In this document: piece after piece, positions 1 to 9,600 of the stretch
How the letters are laid out: each line of letters opens with the position of its first letter
Numbering within the stretch: the first letter of the stretch is position 1
Assembly: GCA_026387165.1 (NCBI GenBank)
Contig: JAPLMG010000099.1
Coordinates: forward strand, 1 to 33,644
Source: Candidatus Omnitrophota bacterium
GTDB taxonomy: Bacteria > Omnitrophota > Gorgyraeia > 2-01-FULL-45-10
DNA: 33,644 nt
Direction of reading: 5' to 3'
Program-made: the position numbers and the translations under genes
The notes under the pieces: model-generated
What the model saw: only the letters and a program-made list of their open reading frames with translations
Told to the model about the DNA's origin: nothing
Databases searched by the model: none

Positions 1-15
1 TTTACCGTCGGTAAA
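1..15. promoter_or_regulatory. Palindromic putative operator TTTACCG-T-CGGTAAA
   Basis: Perfect 7-bp inverted repeat with a 1-nt spacer. The same CCG(A/T)CGG core recurs at 74-80 and 91-107. Confidence 0.5.
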
Positions 16-37
16 ACCATTATTTATTATCAATGAT

Positions 38-65
38 AGTATACCACATTCGCGGCATTTTTCAA
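38..65 (-). promoter_or_regulatory. Putative sigma70 promoter for a gene beyond the left edge of the window
   Basis: Minus strand reads TTGAAA (65-60), a 16-nt spacer ending in TGG (extended -10), then TATACT (43-38), in AT-rich intergenic DNA. Confidence 0.5.
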
Positions 66-90
66 TGGCTATTCCGACGGTGAGTCAGTA

Positions 91-107
91 TTTTCCCGAC
101 GGGAAAA
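91..107. promoter_or_regulatory. Palindromic putative operator TTTTCCCG-A-CGGGAAAA
   Basis: Perfect 8-bp inverted repeat with a 1-nt spacer. The loop is too tight for a terminator hairpin, and the site matches the one at 1-15. Confidence 0.5.
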
Positions 108-147
108 CATCGAAAGCTGAATTATTTACGACACAGCCTCTAAATTA

Positions 148-3100
148 TTACAACGATCTCATCGCCAGAGATTGAGCAAGATGCGCGTTACGGGCGTCCT
201 CGGGGCTTACGCGGCCCGCCCTGGGTATCACTCTTATGATGCCCTGTTTCAGGTTATCGGCCGTTAACGGCTGGACCTGATCATCATCGGCGACATAATT
301 CAGAAAAGCATTTAAGAGAGTTAGGTTTACCCCATTTTCGCCTTCTATCTGGCCATAGGCTATCTTGAAAGCCAGATCATACAACATGACGAACGGCACA
401 TAATGCTCGTTTGGATCGAGCCGCACGTTCAGGACCGTGCCCGCCACGTCATTCAGGCTTGCATGAGCTATCCACGCGGCATATCCCTTTATCGCCTCGA
501 GGGTCGCGTCTCCCGCTATCGTCACGACGAAGGTATCTTTGTCATTCAACCTTCTCTTTGCCTCCTCGATCCGTTCGGCAAGCCTTTGCCCTTCGCCACG
601 CGCTATTATCAGCTTTCCGTCGTAATGTTCCTCAAGATACTCTTCCGTCGCCTGGGCGACGAGCCTGGCATCGTCCTCCATTTCCGGATTGAGCGCGGTA
701 TCATGGGCGATGATCACCGGCTTACGCCCTATATCGGACAGGACGATGGCGTTGATCGTCGTCTCCAACGCCGTCAGCTCCACCTTCATTCTCCGGACGA
801 CTTCCGGCAGAAGCGTTTTACCTGTTTTAGCGATAGCGGCGTCGACCATCCCGTCAACGGTTTCGCTGACCGGGAATTCGGCATATATTGAAGACGGCAC
901 GCGAGCTCCGGGGTCAGCGGGCGGCGCTATGATCGGCGCCCTCTCTTCTTCCGTGGGCGCGAAAGCCAGGATCTCCCTCTCGTAACCAAGCCCGGAGAGG
1001 GCTATCTTTATCCGGGCGGCATCTTTTCTCATGCCCTCAATAAGCCCATTCCGAATATCTTTTATAAAAGAAGGCATCTTATTCCCAAGGCCTGCCACGC
1101 CGCCGCCTATCACAATATTGTCCGCAAAGCCCTCTTTTCTCACCTGCCAATATCTTACGTATGCCGCAATGCCCATACCGAACTCTCTTGCCGCCGTTTT
1201 GATCAATCTCCTGGCGATCATATTGCCTTTGCCCGCGAGCCTGTTAATATCCGTTAACTCCAGCTCGGTCACGTCCTTCTTATCCGCCTGCCTCAATAAT
1301 TGCGCGCCGTCCACATCTTTGGAAATTTGCCGCCGCATTCTCTTGATAAGTGTGGGGCCCGCCATGCGCGACTCAAAATATTCTTCGCCTTCTTTCAAAC
1401 CCGGGATTTCTGCCGAGGCCCGATACACATATCTTCCGTCCGGGGACCTTATGACCATATGGCCTATCTCGCTGACCATATTTCCCATGATTTTGTCGCC
1501 AACATAAGACTTGCCTTCTCTTATTACGCCATTTCCTATGCCCGTGCCCCATGTAACGAATGTGATGTCGCCGGTATTCGGCATAGTGCCGCGCGCGCCC
1601 GCTTCTCCCAAAGCGCCCATGCTCGCGTCATGTCCCACTATTACAGGCACGTGCCTTGAATATCTTTCGAGGAAACGCTTCTCAAGCCGGCTCTTCAACG
1701 GAAAGCCGGAGAGCGGTATATTCTCTGTATTGCCTATAATGCCGGTCTCGGGATCTAAAGGCCCGGGCGAAGCTACGCCTATCTTTACCACCTTCTCCTC
1801 GCCTACGCGCTCTATTACCCGCTCTATCTGGGACCATAACGCCTCAAAGAGCGCTTCGGCCGACTCTTTCGGCGTCGATACTTCCGGGACTTTGGCAAGC
1901 AGATCCGCATTTAGATTAACCGCCGCCGCGCCTATCTTGGTTCCGCCCAGGCTTACGCCCACCGAAACGCCTAAAGAAGCCGTGTCGAGCGTCCGCTGAA
2001 TTTTCACTATATCGGCCACATTGCTCATCGCCACATCATTTGTAAATTCATTTAAGGCCGCTAAAATTATTTGGCGGGTATCGCTTTCTCTATCTATGCC
2101 TTCCCCGGGGGTATTCAGATATCCGACCGCTTCTCCGACAGTGCTGAATCTGCCGGCCAACGCCAGTATCTCTACATAAGCCTGTTCATAATCCGATTCG
2201 TCCTCGATAAAAGAGACTGGGCCTTCCCACACATTATTACGTTCAATGTAACTCAACACGGAATCTGTGGAAACAGGACTTACTATGTTTTTATTATTGG
2301 CTCTGACCGCTCTTCTAACGAAGATTATGAGCTTGTCCAAAGCCATAGGCGCAAAACCGGTGGAATGGGCGCCAGCCAGCGACACGGTAGCTTCGCCGAC
2401 AGCCCCTTTGGTTGTCGAATAAGGATAGACTCTTTTATTACTTATAGCGTTGACGATGCGCACTATGCCGCTATTCGTGCTTCCGTTTGTCGCGGCCGCT
2501 ACCTGCCGCTCCTTGGCGTCTCTAAGAAGATGAGCGGGCCGCTTTGCGCCTTTTGATTTTAAATTTCTCCGCGCCTCTTTCGCAAGATCAACGATAAAGG
2601 AGCCAGGCCCTTCTGCCGGCCCGCGCTCCTCATATGCGGCAAGGTATTCATAAACGTCTTTGACAACTTCGGGCTTCACATTTAAAAAACGCAATAGTTC
2701 TATTGTAATAAGAGAAGCCGTTGCCGCGTCATCATGCAGATCGGCGACGAAGATGCCGTTATCGCTGGCGTGGCCCCATATCGCCGTACCATCTCCAAGC
2801 GTATAGATCGGCTTTCCGCTTGTCCGCAGGATATGGATACGCGGCTGGTGTTCCGCCCCTTTCTCTATTCGCTCGTTTGTGCCCAATAGCAGATCTTGGT
2901 ACGCTTCTCTCAGGGATGACACCATAAAAAAAGATTTCAAAATTTTGCTTGTAGGCCCCGCGAGGCCGCCCATGTTGATCAGATTTTCTACCAGGCCTTG
3001 CCTGAAATAATTCTTTTCTATCCTTGTGTCGAGATCGTCATGAATGCCCTGATCCGTTATGCCTACCAGCGGCACGGGTCTTCCGGCGGCATCCAGGGTA

Positions 3101-3666
3101 AATGGCTTCGTATCCTTTGATGCAGTGGCTACTGTCACCTCCCGCGAGGCCTGAGCATCAAACAGTCTTTTAATAATGGCCGGGGCGAGAGCCTTGACGG
3201 CGGCCGCGTTCCTATTCAACGTCCCTATTTCTCTTTCAGAAACCCGGTAGCTCAGCTTTCCGCGCGCCGCGATATGCTTTTCTATAGACGAATCCACGTC
3301 GCTCATAAACAGGCGAAGCGCTGCCGCGGCCGTAAGCGGTATTCCCCTCGCGTCGGCTTTTTCACGCACTCTATCAAGCCATCTTTCTATAATATAGTCC
3401 GCCCAAGCCCTATTATCATCATCCGCACGCTCCTCTGCAAGCCTTCTAACGGGACGATTAAGAAGGCTTGTAAAGAGCGGCGGCGCAAGCATGCCGCCCT
3501 TCGCGCTTTCCGGTCCGGTGGTGATCCGGGTTTCTTTTTTGGTATCGAGCGCGGATGTCATCGGTATCTCTGCGAACGCGATGTTTGTAAAAATAAAAGA
3601 GCCGGCGACAATTGACAATATCGCCTTCTTAAATCGCATGCATGACGGTAAATTTGCAGGATCCAT
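148..3666 (-). CDS. Exported multidomain protein (1172 aa): signal peptide, degenerate zincin-like module, ROK-family sugar kinase, conserved C-terminal domain
   Basis: Strong RBS (AGGAGGAGAAGAGGAT) before ATG 3666; an alternative ATG lies at 3639. Signal peptide RFKKAILSIVAGSFIFTNIAFA. ROK motifs SLGGTKI, GVASPGPLD, HDAxxxALGE, GTGIGNG, EIGHM, IGGGVA. The C-terminus is homologous to that of ORF 10249..12855. TAA stop. Confidence 0.9.
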   Translation of the reverse strand: MDPANLPSCMRFKKAILSIVAGSFIFTNIAFAEIPMTSALDTKKETRITTGPESAKGGMLAPPLFTSLLNRPVRRLAEERADDDNRAWADYIIERWLDRVREKADARGIPLTAAAALRLFMSDVDSSIEKHIAARGKLSYRVSEREIGTLNRNAAAVKALAPAIIKRLFDAQASREVTVATASKDTKPFTLDAAGRPVPLVGITDQGIHDDLDTRIEKNYFRQGLVENLINMGGLAGPTSKILKSFFMVSSLREAYQDLLLGTNERIEKGAEHQPRIHILRTSGKPIYTLGDGTAIWGHASDNGIFVADLHDDAATASLITIELLRFLNVKPEVVKDVYEYLAAYEERGPAEGPGSFIVDLAKEARRNLKSKGAKRPAHLLRDAKERQVAAATNGSTNSGIVRIVNAISNKRVYPYSTTKGAVGEATVSLAGAHSTGFAPMALDKLIIFVRRAVRANNKNIVSPVSTDSVLSYIERNNVWEGPVSFIEDESDYEQAYVEILALAGRFSTVGEAVGYLNTPGEGIDRESDTRQIILAALNEFTNDVAMSNVADIVKIQRTLDTASLGVSVGVSLGGTKIGAAAVNLNADLLAKVPEVSTPKESAEALFEALWSQIERVIERVGEEKVVKIGVASPGPLDPETGIIGNTENIPLSGFPLKSRLEKRFLERYSRHVPVIVGHDASMGALGEAGARGTMPNTGDITFVTWGTGIGNGVIREGKSYVGDKIMGNMVSEIGHMVIRSPDGRYVYRASAEIPGLKEGEEYFESRMAGPTLIKRMRRQISKDVDGAQLLRQADKKDVTELELTDINRLAGKGNMIARRLIKTAAREFGMGIAAYVRYWQVRKEGFADNIVIGGGVAGLGNKMPSFIKDIRNGLIEGMRKDAARIKIALSGLGYEREILAFAPTEEERAPIIAPPADPGARVPSSIYAEFPVSETVDGMVDAAIAKTGKTLLPEVVRRMKVELTALETTINAIVLSDIGRKPVIIAHDTALNPEMEDDARLVAQATEEYLEEHYDGKLIIARGEGQRLAERIEEAKRRLNDKDTFVVTIAGDATLEAIKGYAAWIAHASLNDVAGTVLNVRLDPNEHYVPFVMLYDLAFKIAYGQIEGENGVNLTLLNAFLNYVADDDQVQPLTADNLKQGIIRVIPRAGRVSPEDARNAHLAQSLAMRSL
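960..1980 (-). other. ROK-family (glucokinase-like) domain
   Basis: ROK motifs appear in the expected order. The canonical DxGGT Asp is replaced by Ser, and the Cys-rich zinc motif is absent. Confidence 0.85.
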
Positions 3667-3692
3667 ATCCTCTTCTCCTCCTGATTTCGTCT

Positions 3693-6600
3693 TTACGCGG
3701 ATCGTATGAATTCCAGAAGATTATCGTTGAGGCGCCTCAGTTCCGAAGAATCTTTTATCTCAACGGCCGGCAGGGTGAATATGAGCCTCTTGATAAGGTC
3801 TCTGATATCTTCGGGCATCGATTCGGTTATTTTAATTCCGGTAAGTATGGCATAGATCTTCAACAGGGCTTCCCTGTCGTTCCTCTGGACCGCCCTCAAT
3901 GCCGCTATGATGCCTTCAAGCTGTCTGAAGTTGCACTCGCCGAGCTCAGGCTTAAAGACGAGCGACAGGATATTGGCCTTCTCAAGTTGAGCCTGTTTTG
4001 CCGGATCTCTCGTAGCGACATCTATTATGGCGTCCGGATATTTCTTAAGTATACCGGCTATCGTATCTTCCAGCGGCTCCCACCCCTTCCCTATTACCAC
4101 CTTCTCTTTAAAATCATCGCCGCGGGTCAGCTTGTTTATAAGCGTTGCCAAGCCTGCCTGCTCTTCGGGAATAAGCATAGGATCTATTACGTGAAATACC
4201 ATCCTGCTTTTATCAATGGCCGCGGGCGCAAGTATCCTGTGCGCTTCATGGATAGCTTGCATCGACAACTCCGCCGCGCTTACATGCTCTTCCCCCGGCA
4301 GCGCGTTGAGGCTTGAACCAAGAGAGGTCAGACGCACGTCCGTCATCTTCTTCATATCGGCCGACGGCTGCTCGGCGTTGAGCAGGATAAGTTTTAAAAC
4401 CTGCCCCAGGTCCTTTGTTTTGCCGTTAAAAACGTAGTCCGTGGAATTTTTGGACCTCTTTTCCGAGGCCTTAAGCCTCGCCGCAAGTTCTTCGGATTTC
4501 TCTACAAGCGAAGGCAGGAGAGAGTCTGTTTTAGATATCCTGAAGTTTCCGGACAGTATAATATTCACATATTTGTTCTTCGAGTTAATGTTATATACCT
4601 GCCTGATAATATCGGACAGAGTAGTGCGAGTACCGCCGTGAAACAATATGAACGACTTTTTCACCAGATCGATGTCATGCGCGATACCTTCGTTCCTTAT
4701 TCCTACGCTTTCAATGGTATCGCGTATCCCGGCCACAACTTTATCCGCATCGGGCCCGTCTATATGAAGTATCGAAGGCCTGCTGTGCGCCCAGGCGGAC
4801 TTTGCCACGGCGAGCACCGCGCCGGCCACCGCAACGAGGCTCTTCTGGCGCGGCATCGCGGGCATGGCGACAGCGCCGAATTCTTCGAGGGGCTGGTCAT
4901 CCCTTAATATGGCTCCGGCCTTTATCTGATCGGATTCCGTAATGATCTGATCGAGCCGTTTTACAAGCGATTTACCCTCCGGCGTCTTTCCCGCTATAGT
5001 ACCTACGGGAACTAATTTTATCACGCCCCGGTCCGGATCCTGATAAAGATCGGAACACGCGACGCCCTGGCCGGTCGATCTCTCTTTTACTGCCTCTGCC
5101 GCTTTCTTCGCAAGACCGCGCGCGAAATTCCTTTCGCCTTCCGTAGGCACCGTTCCTCTCGGGGTAAATCCCAGGACCTCTATCTCAGGATGAAGCTCCT
5201 TCAGTATCGCGGCGATAAACTCCGCCGCGATACCCTGCGGAATTATAAGATTATGGTGAGCGTCTTCCCTGATATTTTTGATCGCCGCCGCAAGAACAGG
5301 ATTATCTTTAATGAGCCTGTCGTAATCTGGGTCATCCTTCGAAAGCTTGAACCCTTCAGCAGCCACTACGGTTACACCGCCGTAACGCCGCATTCTCGCG
5401 AGCGCCTGCTTCCTGATGCCCTCTATGCTTACAATATGTTCCGGTATAAGCGTCATTATGGTGGGCCTTGAGTACTCTATCTTCCTCTGAAGATGAGGTG
5501 AAAGTTCTTTAAAATTATCGGGATACCTGTTGGCCGCCTGAAGCGCGAGGCTGCCCATATTGCGGCCCATACCTTCGACTATAACGCACCTGTTGCTTCC
5601 CGGCACCGCGGCCGCGCGGTAGACCTCTTCCCTTGCGATCGCGACCGAGCTTAAGACGCCAAGAGCCGTGGTATTCATAGTATCATTATCTATCGTCTTC
5701 GGGATAGCTATCACGGTTATGCCGTACGGCTTCAAAAGTTCCGCCAGTTTTGCGGCTTCGTTGAGATGGTCATTACCGCCTATAACGACTATCGTGCGGG
5801 CGGTGGCGGCTATATTAGCTATCGCCTGTTTAGCTTCGTCCGACCCGTCCTCGAGGCTTTTTCTTGTGGACCCGAAATCGACGCTCGACCAGTAGGGCAT
5901 CCTCGCCGACATCTCCCTGCCCACCGGAACTATGTTGCGCGAGAAATCGCTCTTGATAAGCCCCTCCAGCCCCTTATTAACGCCCGCCACGGCTATACCC
6001 TGCGCGGCGAGCTCTGAAGAGAGATATCCTATGAACGGATTCAGCCCCGCGCAGTCCCCGCCGCTGACAAATACGAGGCATCTATTTTCCGCGCCTGTGT
6101 CGCCCCATGCGGGCCATGCATTCCTCGGATCCTTCAGGTCCGAAACAGCCTTGGCCGTTTGCCGCGAGTTCTCCTCTTCGACCTTACGGAGAGCGGCTAT
6201 TATGCTTCCGAAATGATGGCTATTTTCGCTTAACTCCTCGTAATTCAGATCGCTCCTGTCCCCTACCATGGCATCAAGCCGCTCGACAAAACCGTTGCCC
6301 ATCGATATCAATATGGCCCTGAACTCACTTCCGTCCGGATCGAGTTCGCGAAAATACCCTTTTAAGAAACTTTCCGCAAGCCCGGGGAAGTTAACGGTCC
6401 CCCACTCCCTCGTATCGTCAACGACATCTTCATACTCCCTTATCTTAAGCGCGTCGTATAGGACTCTCGAAACATCGAGAAACCTGTCGGCCGCCCTCTC
6501 CGCAAGAGAGTTCGTGGAGATATCCTGCGCGTCATTGAGATCGCGTAATATGATCCTCCATGCGAGATCATCGTCCGTCCTCAAGCCTATATTGCCTATG

Positions 6601-9600
6601 TGAGGCCAGCGATGAGAATACCCCTGGTCGTGAAAATATCTCAGCGAAAGACCGATCTTCTCATAGATAGATGGAAGGCCCGGACTGATATCTGTCGCTA
6701 ATCCTGCGGGTATATTTACAAGCGCTATACGGCCCGGTTCTACACCGTTGCGCCCAAACTGCAAAAATCCCAATCTATGGTCATCAAACTCCATTCCGCA
6801 AATGACGTATCCTACCGGCCCGTTTTTGTAGCGCAGATCCCTATACCGCCCAACCCCGATAGGAAGATCCGCTCCGCATTTCGATCCGTGGAATCTCTCC
6901 ATCAGCTCATATTCTGTCAGCGCTTCAGGATATAATAGCGATCCGAGCGGTCCCGGATGGCCCGGCCTCACAAGGATAGCGCCGCTCGAATAGCTCTCCA
7001 TGACCCGCCTGACCGAACCCCAGCCTTTATAATCCTTAACGCTGCGTTTATCTTTTTCTACAACCGGCCGCGCGCCTTTTATTCTTAAAAGCCCTAATGA
7101 CATGCCGTCTACCTCGATACGATCCCTGAGCCTGATGTAGACCGTCCGGCCTTCATCCGGCATAGTCTCGTCGTAAGAGACCCTTATCCGGCCTGCGGAG
7201 GAGTCGATTATTTTTTTCAATTTCTCCGGATTCGCGGCCGCAAGCACTTTCATCAGGTCACGCCTGTCTTTAGGCGCCATCCGGTCATATACCTGCGGCT
7301 TTATCCTCAGGGTGGACTTGGTATCGTTCTTCGCGGCGCCTACTTCGATCATCTTAAGAGGTATCCTGCAAAGATATGTGAGGAATTTATTTATCTGTGC
7401 CTTGTCCTGCCGGCTTAGCGGCGGAGATATGCTGAATATATAGTCCCTGAGCTCGTGAGGCTTCGCGCCCTTTATGCGGAGCGGATCCTTCAACAGCTCT
7501 TTATAGAACGCGTTTATGGCGCCGCTCGCGCTCCAAGTGTGCCTGGCTATCGTATCGAGCCAGAGCCTCGTCCATACGATCTCCGGCGAAGCGTTCTCCG
7601 GAAGCTTTATCCTTTTGAATAATCTCCACAGGTGGACGGTCTTGCGCTCCATCATGATCGATGATATGTAATCTATCTGAAGCGAAGAGAGCGCGGGATC
7701 GTACAGCCTTGGCAGGACCTTCCAGCTTTCGGCGCAGCCAAAGCTGCCCTGCCGCGTAAATTTGATGAACTCTCCGGACTTTTTAACGAAATATGCTTTA
7801 ATGTCCGGCCTTATGGAGTCCGAGATATTCCAAAGATTGGCGGCTTTAAAATCGTCCTCCTTATTGCCTATACCATCGACCGAGAAGAGGAGCGCCGAAG
7901 GCTTGCCCAAATTTGTCATCATCGAGCCGTACCTCCCGAAACCGGGGGCCTTATCGACTATGCCGAGCTTCCACAGATTCTCCTGCAGGCCGAACCACAG
8001 GTCGACATATCCGGCCGCTTCTGCGGTATCTGCCTGTGCGAGGACTTCGCCGAAAGACGTTATCCTGTTCTGGATCAGGACGCGCGGGATTATTTTACCG
8101 TCTATCTTTATATTCAGCTTTGCGAAGTTCACGAACGAGGTGGGGACCACAAAATCCCCTCCCACCAAAGCGAGAAAGCCTATGTCCGGCAGGGCCCTAT
8201 CCGTCTTGGGCGCCTTCACGACCATGCCGTTCTTAAGAAAGAACACATCGTACGACGTGCTCTCTATTTTGCGTTCATATTGAAGCTCACCGCCCGATGA
8301 GGACCTCCTCAACTCGTTCAATACGTAATCTTCTTCTATCCTATCGAGCTCTTCATAAAGCTGCTGCGGGTCGAGGCCCATCATCATAACAACGGGCGCG
8401 AATTTATCCTCGAGAAGCTGCCCTTTCCTGTAAAGAGAGAAGATGCTCTCGGCCCTCGATTCAGTGGTACCGACGAATTCGGCCCGGTCTCTCGCCGCGT
8501 ATATGAAAGGGTCTTCAAGCTTCTCTTTTCTCTGCATGAATAGATTGACATACTTGAGCGCGTCTTCCAGGGGCATCGGCCGGCCGTTCCTGGTTTCGGC
8601 CCTCGACCTCTCCCTCGCGAAACCCCTTTCAAGGCGTATCTCAAAGTTCGCGTCGATGAATAGCGATGTCGTATAAAGACTCGGCAGCCTCTTCTCCTGC
8701 GGGACATCAGGATCGTCGTAAAGCGACAGTATACCTTCGATTATAAATATGCCTTCTTCGTGCGGTATGCGCTCCTTTATCTTCCACGGCTTGCCGTTAA
8801 GCTTACCGTCCTTTCCTATATACCCGCCATTTGTAATAGTAACGGCTGTTTCGGCTATCAGCTCTCCGCTGTCCGGATCGATCATGTCTTTGGCGGGGTT
8901 GCCTTTATCGTCCATTATCCGGACGCTGCGGCCTCCGTTTTCCTCAAGAGGCCCGATACGCATAAACGTATCGATCATCCTTAATATGATCTCGCCGATC
9001 TTCGCTCCCTTTTCCACGCCAAGAGTGATTCCGAATTGTTCGACGGCCGCCGCCTCCTCAATGACCTTTCCGGCTTCATCGCGCACCGAAAGAACGGGGC
9101 CCTTCTGCGATTCAACTATATATATTTTTCTCCTGGGCCCGAATAATATGACCGGCGCGCCTTTATCGTCGAGCGTAAGTTTCAGCGTCCCCTTTGCCGT
9201 CTGGCCGTAGACCGGTTTCAGCAGGTCCTGCCCCCTTATAAACGCTTTCATCGAGCTGTTGAAGAGGCCCGCCTCAAATTTTTTCAGCACGTCCTCGGTA
9301 GTTTTTTTGGTCACAGGATCTATCTCCCTGTCGGAAGCCTGCAGAAGCCAGTCGTCGAAGTATATGATCCTGACGTTGGAAAATTCCTCAGACAGTTCCT
9401 TTTGGACGGTCGCGGCTATCGTAGTCTTGCCGGATGCCGCGCTGCCCGTGATGCCTATCGTGATAACGGAAGTTTTCTTATTTTGCCTGTCGGCGGCTCT
9501 GACCTTTCTGATCTTAGGAAACATCCTGCTATCAAAGATCTCGCGGTAGACCTGCTCTTCGTTCAGGCGCTCCCTCTCTTTGTGCGAGAAGCGCCTGTAT

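Noticed and set aside
91-107. Rho-independent terminator for the 1172-aa gene
   Set aside because: A 1-nt loop and no U-tract outside the stem make it a poor terminator. Its similarity to the site at 1-15 fits a protein-binding palindrome better.
8770-9190. Intein within the P-loop kinase domain
   Set aside because: No Cys/Ser start, no His-Asn end followed by C/S/T, and no LAGLIDADG motifs.
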